Shown: in pieces, positions 9,333 through 17,730 of the stretch
Numbering within the stretch: position 1 is the first letter of the stretch
Layout: the number at the start of each line of letters is the position of its first letter
Assembly (NCBI GenBank): GCA_016931625.1
Contig: JAFGEK010000079.1
Coordinates: 258-64,257, forward strand
Length of the DNA: 64,000 bases
Source: Deltaproteobacteria bacterium
Lineage (GTDB): Bacteria > Myxococcota > XYA12-FULL-58-9 > JAFGEK01
Reading direction: 5' to 3'
Program-made: the position numbers and the translations under genes
Notes under the pieces: model-generated
The model's database searches: none
Told to the model about the DNA's origin: nothing
The model's input: the letters and a program-made list of their open reading frames with translations, nothing else

Positions 9333-12300
9333 TTCGTATACCGCACCGTTTGCGCGAATACCACAAGTGAAGTTATCACCAGCAGCAACTGCCACCCAAT
9401 CAGTTTTGGCGCCGACTTGTACTGGAGTTGCCGATTGGTAAAATTGATAACCAGCGCCTAATTGCCCAGAGTGATTTGCACCCCAGCACCACAGCGAGCC
9501 TTTTCCTGCTGAAGCGTATTGAATACCGCAAGTATGATTTAAACCAGCAGCAACCCAAATCCAGTTATTACCAAGCGAAGTTGAAGATACCGGCGAATAG
9601 ACATCAGTAAAGGTGCCGTTACCTAATTGACCAAGACTATTTGAACCCCAGCAACGCAGCGAACCGGGAAAAGCTGAACCGGTAATACCACAAGTGTGAT
9701 TACCACCAGCACTAGCAGTTAACCATTGGGTTTGGCCGGACCAAGTGTTAGTGGGCATAAGAATTTTTGTCGGTGAATTTGAATCAATACCAATTTGCCC
9801 ATTAGCATTTTTACCCCAGCAGTAAAGTTCGTTATAACCATAAGTATAGTCATGACGAATGGCACACGAATGTTGATCACCAACTGCTAATTGAGTCCAA
9901 TCATCAAAGCTAGTACCGTTTTGCACCATTATTTGTGGAGTATTATAAAAGTTGTCGGATTGATTATTACCTAACTGTCCATCATTATTTTGTCCCCAGC
10001 AATAGACGCTGTTTGAACCTGATATTGATCTAATACCGCAAGTATGTTCTGATCCTGCGCCAACCGCAATCCAATCACTGCTATAATAATATTCACGCTC
10101 TGGTACAGCCCGAGAATTATAGGTACCAGTGCCTAATTGCCCAATGCTATTGTCACCGCTGCAGTATAGTTCGCCACCGTTAATGATAAAGCATGAATGT
10201 TTGGCGCCAGCGGTTACTTTATTAATAGCATTACTACCGCTAAATAGACCCACAGCTTCTTGGCGTGGCGCAATATCATCTATAAATTCTGTTGCAGGTG
10301 TTGGCCATTCATTACCAAGTTGGCCAAAGCGGTCATCACCCCAACACCAGGCTTTACCATATAAATCACGACCACAAGCATGCTTGCCGCCTGTTGATAG
10401 GCTAGTAAGTTCAATATATCCATAGCTAGTGTTAAGAACTTTATCGGTAGGCGCAAGCGTTGCCGCAATACCATTACCAACAGTGCCCTCATTGCGATTA
10501 CCCCAGCAATATAAACCATAACTATTAATTGCACAGGTATGTACAGCCCCAAGTGCGGCAGTAGTTGCGCCGTTTAATACTGCTGATGGACCTTGTGAGT
10601 AAGTATGGCCGACTCCTAATTGTCCATTATAATTACCGCCCCAACATTCAAGGTTATTGTTTCTTATGGCGCAAGTATGATTTGCACCAGCAAAAATCAT
10701 CCCACTCCAGTTGTCACTAAGATATAATGGATAAAGCGAAGATGAAGGTCCTACTTGTAGCCAACTATTATCACCCCAACAATATAACTTATCACCGGTG
10801 TCAAGAGCGCATGCATGTTTTTGTCCAACTACTACATTACGATATTGCATAGTATTATCTACTAAGGTCGGTTGAGATTTATATTGGTTATTACCTATAC
10901 CTAGTTGCCCATAATCGTTTTTACCCCAGCACCATAATGAATAGTCATTTTGAATGCCGCAAGTAAAATCATCACCAAGAGCAAAATCTTGCCATTGATA
11001 GCCACCACTTACAATGTTAGTAAAGTTTGATTCATAATCAGAAGTATTACCGAGACCTAACTGGCCATAACTATTGTTGCCCCAACAATATAAAGTTTTA
11101 TTACTAGTTAGAGCACAAGTATGCCTGGTACCAGCCTTAACTTTAACAAAATTATAGCTATAATCAGCAACCTGCATGGGCTCAGTAGGAATAGAGCCAG
11201 TATAACCTAAACCTAATTGACCGTCAGAATTTGCGCCCCAACACCATAGATCTTGATAAGCACCACCATTGGCATAGCGAAGCCCGCAAGTATGACCGCC
11301 ACCTGCAGTTGCTTGCAGCCAGTTATCTACACCATCAGCAGTTTCAGAGTGAATACGTGTAACCCATCCGATACGTTCATCGCCTAAATCAGGAGCGACT
11401 TGCCCATTTTTATTAGCACCAAAACACCATAAGCTTTGATCAGAGGCAATAGCACAGTTATGCTGTGCGCTCGGACCTGAATCAACAAATTGCCAAACCA
11501 TGCTGACTGTCCAAGTGCGAGTGTCTTCTGTTGTATTTCCAGCAGAGTCAGTAGCCCAAACAGTAAGAGTATGCGATGTTTCGGTTAGTCCATAGCGAGA
11601 AACATTTTCTGGATAATTGGTTGCAGTGGTCACATTTTCACTATCAAATTTATAAGTAATCGTGCAGCCATTATAATCGCTACAGTCAAGGTCTACATTA
11701 AAACTCGTGCGACTATCAGGGGTGGTAGGTGCAGAGGGATAAAAAGTCAGTGATAGTGTTGGTTGAACAGTATCGACGTCCCAATAGTAAGTAGCTCCAT
11801 AGTCATCACGATTATTAGAACTATCAAAGGCCCATACCTCAAATGTATGTGAACCCTCGTCGACATATTGAGAAATTGAACCACCACTACAATCGAAATA
11901 TGCACCATAATCTAAACGACATTCGTAAGTACAATTAGTTTCATTGCAGCTAAAAGTGAAATTTGCATATGAATCATTGGTGAGACTTGATGGTGATGAG
12001 TTAATATAAGTAATTGGAGGCGTAGTGTCAGCGCTTGCGACATACCAGGTGAAAGTAGATGGGCTATTGTCAACGTTGTTGCTGCTGTCAATGGCACGCA
12101 CCGCGAAATAGTGAGTCCCTGGTTGTAGAGAATAATAATCTATAGAGTTTGAAGAGCCATCGCCACAGGGAGCAAATGGTTCAGAATCAAGTCGACAGTC
12201 AAAGCCGGTGACTTGTATATTGTCGCTACCAGAAAAAGAAAAGTAAGCATAAGTGTTGGTTGATGATGAAGCTGGGGTGCTATTTAGGTATGTTTCAGGA

Positions 12301-13085
12301 GATTGAGAGTCAGTAATAGTAGTTACAATATTCCAACGATATTCTGGTGGTTGTGGATCATAATTGCCATTGTTGTCTTTGGCGCGTACACGAAAAACAT
12401 GCTCACCGTAACTTAAACTTGAGTATGAAAATGATCCAGGATTTATATTAGAACATACACTATATCCAGAATTATCAAGTTCGCATTCGAAATTAGCTAT
12501 TCCATAGTTACTACTAGCAGAGAAATAAAAATTTATATCTTTTTGAGTGGTCTGGGCAGTATCAGGATATGCGCTGGTAATAGTAGTAGATGGATATTCA
12601 AATCCAGAACTACTACCACTAGTATCAATTTGCACTTGCCAAGTATAAGATGCAGGATTATTATCTACATTACCAGAATTATCTCGTGCACGAACTTGAA
12701 AAGTATGAGAACCAGTCGATAGATCATTATATTGTATAGAAGCTTGACCACTGTTAGGTACGCCGCAAGGCGAAAAAGAGGCATCATCAAGACTGCAATC
12801 AAAACCAATCACACTATCATTATCTGTGCCGGTATATTTAAATTCAACTGATGTACCACTTGGGTTAGTTGGGGAAGAGGTTATTTGTGTATCTGGTGCA
12901 AGGGTGTCATTGCTAACCATGCTAGAATCATTAGGTACACAGATGTTATTGTTACAGTGAAACTCTTTAGCGCAATCGTCATCAGAATTGCATTTAAAAG
13001 TTTCTTTGTAAATATCCGGTACTTGTACAGTGCAACCGGTTAATAGCCAAATTAAAATAAAACAAGTGGTAAGATAGTGTCGCAT
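9264..13085 (-). CDS. giant secreted lipoprotein: N-terminal tandem roughly 95 aa beta-sandwich-type repeats followed by a long array of RCC1-like repeats
   Basis: Start set at MRHYLTTCFILIWLLTGC (lipobox LTGC, GAGGGAG Shine-Dalgarno upstream). Five to six repeats of the pattern F(D/E)C.LD...F..C....HTF.VRA.D..GN.D. Then more than 15 CWG.N..GQLG RCC1-type repeats. Confidence 0.85.
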   Translation of the reverse strand: MRHYLTTCFILIWLLTGCTVQVPDIYKETFKCNSDDDCAKEFHCNNNICVPNDSSMVSNDTLAPDTQITSSPTNPSGTSVEFKYTGTDNDSVIGFDCSLDDASFSPCGVPNSGQASIQYNDLSTGSHTFQVRARDNSGNVDNNPASYTWQVQIDTSGSSSGFEYPSTTITSAYPDTAQTTQKDINFYFSASSNYGIANFECELDNSGYSVCSNINPGSFSYSSLSYGEHVFRVRAKDNNGNYDPQPPEYRWNIVTTITDSQSPETYLNSTPASSSTNTYAYFSFSGSDNIQVTGFDCRLDSEPFAPCGDGSSNSIDYYSLQPGTHYFAVRAIDSSNNVDNSPSTFTWYVASADTTPPITYINSSPSSLTNDSYANFTFSCNETNCTYECRLDYGAYFDCSGGSISQYVDEGSHTFEVWAFDSSNNRDDYGATYYWDVDTVQPTLSLTFYPSAPTTPDSRTSFNVDLDCSDYNGCTITYKFDSENVTTATNYPENVSRYGLTETSHTLTVWATDSAGNTTEDTRTWTVSMVWQFVDSGPSAQHNCAIASDQSLWCFGANKNGQVAPDLGDERIGWVTRIHSETADGVDNWLQATAGGGHTCGLRYANGGAYQDLWCWGANSDGQLGLGYTGSIPTEPMQVADYSYNFVKVKAGTRHTCALTSNKTLYCWGNNSYGQLGLGNTSDYESNFTNIVSGGYQWQDFALGDDFTCGIQNDYSLWCWGKNDYGQLGIGNNQYKSQPTLVDNTMQYRNVVVGQKHACALDTGDKLYCWGDNSWLQVGPSSSLYPLYLSDNWSGMIFAGANHTCAIRNNNLECWGGNYNGQLGVGHTYSQGPSAVLNGATTAALGAVHTCAINSYGLYCWGNRNEGTVGNGIAATLAPTDKVLNTSYGYIELTSLSTGGKHACGRDLYGKAWCWGDDRFGQLGNEWPTPATEFIDDIAPRQEAVGLFSGSNAINKVTAGAKHSCFIINGGELYCSGDNSIGQLGTGTYNSRAVPEREYYYSSDWIAVGAGSEHTCGIRSISGSNSVYCWGQNNDGQLGNNQSDNFYNTPQIMVQNGTSFDDWTQLAVGDQHSCAIRHDYTYGYNELYCWGKNANGQIGIDSNSPTKILMPTNTWSGQTQWLTASAGGNHTCGITGSAFPGSLRCWGSNSLGQLGNGTFTDVYSPVSSTSLGNNWIWVAAGLNHTCGIQYASAGKGSLWCWGANHSGQLGAGYQFYQSATPVQVGAKTDWVAVAAGDNFTCGIRANGAVYEAYCFGDNYQGQLGNATAWEVYP

Positions 13086-13230
13086 TGCTCCCTCACAGCT
13101 AGTAACAATAAGGTATAACGGCTCTATTTTGAAAAACATGTAGTGCGATTTTAAAAAGGTTAATTCGAGGTAGTAAAAAATAGTAATAATGTAGTATAAA
13201 CGCAGATACTTATATTAGTTAGGCATAAGC

Positions 13231-14673
13231 ATGATTCGGGCTAAAAAACCTCAATTTGCAGCAAAAAAAAAGAAATATAAAAGGCGATCATCATCTATAG
13301 CATTGGTGGCGGAAAATTTATATTTGAATAACTATAATTCACGGGCGAAGAAAATCGATATTGGTGAGTTTGATCGAAACGCTAAGCTACAAAAATTAGC
13401 TTTAGATTTATGGAGTCGTATTCGTCTTGATTGGAATTATGTGGCAACACGATTATCGACAGCAGTGCGTCAAGAACGTTGGTTAAACAGTAAAGAAAGG
13501 CGAGATTTATTTGAATTATTATTTGGAATGATTCGCCAATATCGTAGGATAGATTATTTATTGAATAATGCGGGTGTGTTAATACCACCTGGTACTACCT
13601 ATGAATTAGCTCGCTTATTAATTTATAGACTAATAAATGATGAAATAGATATCGTGACTGCAAATAATTACTTTAAAAGTATTGATTGGCAAAAAGTTAT
13701 TGATAGCAATGCAAACCTTGCAAAAGAACATAATATGCAAAAACGTATTGCATATTTACACTCCTATCCAGATTGGCTTACTAAGCGTTTTATTAAAGAA
13801 TTTAATGAGGAAGCAGAGCCATTAGCAATAGCACTTAATCAACGGGCAAATTTAACGTTGCGATGTAACATTAGTAAAATATCTCGTAAGTCATTACTAG
13901 AGCGTTTTAGTGAAAAAAAAATATCAGCAGAAGCTGGTCAATTTTCAGACCAAGCAATAATACTTAAATCACACATAGATGTCTTTGGATTAACCGAATA
14001 TGCTGAGGGTTTATTTGAAACACAAGATGAGGGTAGTCAATTAATTGCCGCACTAATAGATGCTAAAGCAAATGATATAGTGGTCGATGTATGCGCGGGT
14101 GTAGGAGGAAAAACTTTTGCTATAGCTGCTACTATGCAAAATAAAGGCAGTATATGGGCACTTGATATTGATGCTAAAAAACTTGCAGCGCTTGATAAAC
14201 GCGCGCGCCACTTAGATTTATCAATAATTAGAACACTATCTACAGCGACGGATAATTGGCCAACAGAAATCGCAGCGCTAATAGGCAAAGTAGATCGGGT
14301 TTTAGTCGATGCACCTTGCACTGGTACTGGTGCTTTGCGACGCAATCCCGAAAATCGCTGGCGTTTAAATGAACAAGATATTGGTGTACTTGCTAAGCTA
14401 CAAGAAAAGTTAGTTATAAGATCATTATCGCTTTTAGCTAAAGGGGGTCGTTTAGTTTATGCGACTTGTTCTTTGTTGCAGGAGGAAAACGAGGCAGTTA
14501 TTGCGCGTGTGCTTAAGCGTGCATCTAATATTGAGTTAGTACCTATTAATAAGGTTGTTAAGCAACAGCTTGCCGCACAAATAAGTGATCAGCAGGGGTT
14601 GTATTTGCAAACATTACCGCATACACATGGTAGTGATGGATTTTTTGCCGCAGTTTTGCAAAGAGTTTGTTAG
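13231..14673 (+). CDS. rsmB: 16S rRNA (cytosine-C5)-methyltransferase, NOL1/NOP2/Sun family, with NusB-like N-terminal domain
   Basis: SAM-binding motif VVDVCAGVGGKT, the DAPCTGTG catalytic Cys motif, and YATCS motif VI. Confidence 0.85.
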   Translation: MIRAKKPQFAAKKKKYKRRSSSIALVAENLYLNNYNSRAKKIDIGEFDRNAKLQKLALDLWSRIRLDWNYVATRLSTAVRQERWLNSKERRDLFELLFGMIRQYRRIDYLLNNAGVLIPPGTTYELARLLIYRLINDEIDIVTANNYFKSIDWQKVIDSNANLAKEHNMQKRIAYLHSYPDWLTKRFIKEFNEEAEPLAIALNQRANLTLRCNISKISRKSLLERFSEKKISAEAGQFSDQAIILKSHIDVFGLTEYAEGLFETQDEGSQLIAALIDAKANDIVVDVCAGVGGKTFAIAATMQNKGSIWALDIDAKKLAALDKRARHLDLSIIRTLSTATDNWPTEIAALIGKVDRVLVDAPCTGTGALRRNPENRWRLNEQDIGVLAKLQEKLVIRSLSLLAKGGRLVYATCSLLQEENEAVIARVLKRASNIELVPINKVVKQQLAAQISDQQGLYLQTLPHTHGSDGFFAAVLQRVC

Positions 14674-14730
14674 AAAATTGAGGGTAAATTTTTTTTATAA
14701 AATTTTTTTATAAAATTGGATTGTCTATAT

Positions 14731-14755
14731 TTGACTGGTAAATTATACTAGTCAA
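14731..14755 (+). promoter_or_regulatory. imperfect 10 bp inverted repeat (TTGACTGGTA-n5-TACTAGTCAA) overlapping candidate promoter elements just upstream of the antitoxin gene; likely autoregulatory operator
   Basis: Seen in the sequence. The position and symmetry are typical of type II TA operators. Confidence 0.4.
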
Positions 14756-15001
14756 ATGCAATGGATAAATGCGTCTGAATTTAAAGCAAAGTGTTTAGCA
14801 ATGCTCGATGAAGTGGCAAAGAGTACTGATGGTATAACTATTCTTAAAAGAGGACGTCCTATTGCTAAGTTAATACCTTATGTTTCGAGCGATGAAAAAT
14901 ATCCACAGAATTCATTAAAAGGCAGTGTTGTGATTAAAGATGATGTTATAAAGCCAGTATTGTCTGATTCAGTTTGGGAGGTAGATAAGCATAATTTATG
15001 A
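14756..15001 (+). CDS. type II antitoxin, Phd/YefM-like
   Basis: Small acidic protein ...KAKCLAMLDEVAKSTDGITILKRGRPIAKLIP... Its stop overlaps the start of the downstream PIN toxin gene by 4 bp (ATGA). Confidence 0.75.
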   Translation: MQWINASEFKAKCLAMLDEVAKSTDGITILKRGRPIAKLIPYVSSDEKYPQNSLKGSVVIKDDVIKPVLSDSVWEVDKHNL

Positions 15002-15393
15002 AGATTATTTTAGACACACATATTATTTTATGGTGGTTTGAAGATACTAATAGACTATCAAAAAAGCAGAAAAAAACCATTGAAAATGCTGATCAACAAA
15101 ATCCACTGTTGATTTCAGATATATCGTTATGGGAAATAGCCACTTTATATGAATTAGGCAGAATAAAACTTAAACTGCCATTACGAGATTGGCTTATGCA
15201 AGCTTTTGCGCCACCACTAGTCAGGTTATGTGGTATTACTGCCGCAATTGCTGCAACGGTTGCTTCACTACCAGAGAGTTTTAATCGAGATCCTGCCGAT
15301 AGAATTATAACAGCTACCGCGCTGGTTCATGGTGCAACATTAGTTACTAATGACGAAAGAATAATAAGATCAAAAATTGTATCAATACTTTAA
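14998..15393 (+). CDS. vapC: PIN-domain ribonuclease toxin VapC
   Basis: MKIILDTHIILWW..., SLWEI, DPADRII and TNDERI supply the four acidic PIN residues. Translationally coupled to the antitoxin gene. Confidence 0.85.
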   Translation: MKIILDTHIILWWFEDTNRLSKKQKKTIENADQQNPLLISDISLWEIATLYELGRIKLKLPLRDWLMQAFAPPLVRLCGITAAIAATVASLPESFNRDPADRIITATALVHGATLVTNDERIIRSKIVSIL

Positions 15394-15430
15394 TATTTTA
15401 GCATAATTTGTTATATTCGATTTTATATCT

Positions 15431-15466
15431 GATAAGTATAGATATTTTGATAAGTATAGATATTTT
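15431..15466. repeat. perfect 18 bp tandem direct repeat (gataagtatagatatttt x2) upstream of ORF 15510
   Basis: Seen in the sequence; candidate regulator-binding site. Confidence 0.6.
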
Positions 15467-15509
15467 AGTACAATTTTGTTAAAAGTCATATAACAGTAAA
15501 AAACTTTGA

Positions 15510-16043
15510 GTGTCAGATAATATGGCAGAAATAAAAAGCGATAGCCAAGTTATCGGTAAACCCCTTATCAGCGACTTGGTGGCAAACGATATTGATAATA
15601 GTCTGCAAAGTTCACTAACAGTCTCAGCGTTTATTAATAATAGTCAAATAATTGAAACAAACAAATTAGTATATAGTGATGCAGACTTATTTTGCGATGG
15701 CGATGAACAATTATATTCACAGTATATTACAGGTAATCCAGCAAGTGGGCAGAATTTTAGCGCCAATAGCAATTATTTAAGTTTAAATACTGATTTTGCC
15801 TGCCACAACAACGCTGGGGTTAATTTATCGGTTTCTTCAAGTAAAATTAAAGCAGCAGAAGATGTAGAGATAGAAGAGGCCTTTAAGTTTTTAAAGCACA
15901 TCGGTTTTTCAGATGAGCAAGCGCTTGATACGATTACGGTAGGAATAACTAGTACAGTTAGCCAAATTGCCATCGCAAACAGTTGCGATGCTGCAAGACT
16001 TACCAGAAGAAATCGTTGCATTTATACCAATAGAGAAACTTAA
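15510..16043 (+). CDS. hypothetical protein (Ser/Asn-rich). It may continue by a +1 frameshift into ORF 15967-16335.
   Basis: ORF only; no recognisable motif. It overlaps the next ORF by roughly 75 nt in a different frame. Confidence 0.4.
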   Translation: MSDNMAEIKSDSQVIGKPLISDLVANDIDNSLQSSLTVSAFINNSQIIETNKLVYSDADLFCDGDEQLYSQYITGNPASGQNFSANSNYLSLNTDFACHNNAGVNLSVSSSKIKAAEDVEIEEAFKFLKHIGFSDEQALDTITVGITSTVSQIAIANSCDAARLTRRNRCIYTNRET

Positions 16044-16335
16044 AGAACTATCGTCCGAGAAAGTATGGGCGATGTCGAAAGCAAAATTCAATGCAGTAGT
16101 TACAGGTTATATTCTTGAATACCTTTTAACTAAGACGCCCAGCGATGTAGCATTTGTAAAAACCTTACCAGAAATAACTGAAGAATTTGTAAATCTAAGC
16201 CATAAAATTAAGATGCTAAGAATAAAAATGAAAAATGAAAAACCGGATAGCTTTTTTTATCGAATATATCAAAAGTTATTAATTAAGTATAAAACAAGAC
16301 ATAAGAAGATACATGATCTGCTGAGTAAAAAGTGA
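15967..16335 (+). CDS. hypothetical protein (possibly the C-terminal part of a frameshifted gene)
   Basis: ORF with a TTG start; lysine-rich tail. Confidence 0.35.
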   Translation: MPSQTVAMLQDLPEEIVAFIPIEKLKELSSEKVWAMSKAKFNAVVTGYILEYLLTKTPSDVAFVKTLPEITEEFVNLSHKIKMLRIKMKNEKPDSFFYRIYQKLLIKYKTRHKKIHDLLSKK

Positions 16336-16385
16336 ATTATAAAATGTATAATCAAAATAATAAATATATATTCATATTGAGGTAA

Positions 16386-17690
16386 TTACTGCCATCTTAG
16401 CGGTTTATTTAGTAGCATCTCACTAAAAGCATCTATGCGTGTACGGACTTGTGAAGGATTAAAACTATGAGAGTCAATGCAACAAGCGTCAAGAGTTAAT
16501 ACTGGTATTTGTTCGCGTAAGAATAATTGCTGTAAAAGCGGATATTGCATAGCATAAACTCCACAATGAGGCATAGCTAGCATTACCACGCCATCAATAC
16601 GATGCTCTTCGGCTTGCTCTAATAAAAGTTTAAAGCGTTGTTGGGGTAAAATCGATTCACGGGAATTAAGTAGGTGTTTGGCTAAATCATCATAGGGGTC
16701 ATATAAATCACAACCTTTAAAGTTAAGTTCTGATATATCTTCCCATACAAAACGAATCAGGCCATCACGCTCGATATATTCAACTATATCATTGGGATAG
16801 TATGGCATTAAAAACATCCACATAAGCCGCCGCTGTGGTTGTTGTTTAACTTGATCATCATTTTGTAAACGTTCTTGGTAACTTTGCAGCATATGTTGGG
16901 CAAAGGCAGTAAATTCCGGCTTACCATAGTAGGGTGAAACTCCAATGGTAAGTGATTGAAAGACACTTGGCGGATCAAGCAATGGGTAGCGACTGCGCAA
17001 ATGCAGTGCAGCTTTAAATGCGGTATAGGCATTATGGGCGTATGCTAAACTATTGTGTAAGTTTGCAGAACTAAGGGTTTCACCAGTTTGCTTTTCAATT
17101 AGGTGAGTCAACTCATATAGTTGTGATGCCACATATTTAATGGCATTAATATTATCACCGGCATTATAGGGCACGTTAATTAAATAATGTGGCGCTTGAT
17201 AATGATGAGCTGCAAAACTATATACATTGGATATACCTTCACAACCTTTAGCCGTGTTAATAATAAAATCTGGCGAAGCACAAATATTTAAGTATTGACT
17301 GGCAGGTATCGTGCGGACAAAATTGCATACTGATCGTGGTATGCCGATTTTGTCAGCAGCAATAAGCAGACATTGCTCGGCGCCCTGAGCTGCAAATAAT
17401 GAACCGATAGCTTCAACCGGAAAAAAGACAAGGCTGCTAAAGGCATTAAGTAATTCAGGGGGGACGGTAATATTGCGCCAGACTACAAAAGCATCTGGGG
17501 TATAAGCGCGACGCAATTCAGAGGCAATTAATGATAAAGGTGATGAAGTAGCTGCGGTCGGGTTAAGCGAGAGATCAGCGGCAATTTTGTTGGCCAAAGT
17601 TTTTTTAGGTATTTTATGTCGACGTAATTCGGTAAATAGCCTCGCTATTTGTTGACTACGTTCATGATGTTGTAGCTTAATTAAACTCAT
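16386..17690 (-). CDS. 2-hydroxyacyl-CoA dehydratase-family subunit (HgdB/BcrB/BadE-like)
   Basis: Size and Cys-containing blocks (e.g. MPHCGVYA, LDACCIDSH) are typical of the dehydratase family that depends on an ATPase activase (a CoA-substrate-specific enzyme activase). Confidence 0.6.
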   Translation of the reverse strand: MSLIKLQHHERSQQIARLFTELRRHKIPKKTLANKIAADLSLNPTAATSSPLSLIASELRRAYTPDAFVVWRNITVPPELLNAFSSLVFFPVEAIGSLFAAQGAEQCLLIAADKIGIPRSVCNFVRTIPASQYLNICASPDFIINTAKGCEGISNVYSFAAHHYQAPHYLINVPYNAGDNINAIKYVASQLYELTHLIEKQTGETLSSANLHNSLAYAHNAYTAFKAALHLRSRYPLLDPPSVFQSLTIGVSPYYGKPEFTAFAQHMLQSYQERLQNDDQVKQQPQRRLMWMFLMPYYPNDIVEYIERDGLIRFVWEDISELNFKGCDLYDPYDDLAKHLLNSRESILPQQRFKLLLEQAEEHRIDGVVMLAMPHCGVYAMQYPLLQQLFLREQIPVLTLDACCIDSHSFNPSQVRTRIDAFSEMLLNKPLRWQ

Positions 17691-17730
17691 TATATTATCA
17701 CAACCTTTAGATAATTTTTTAATAATAGAC

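Noticed and set aside
9428-12097. Several short ORFs on either strand nested within the 3.8 kb RCC1 gene (9428-9610+, 10129-10425+, 10280-10552-, 11912-12097-)
   Set aside because: They are embedded in a long, repeat-validated coding region, mostly antisense to it, and show no motifs.
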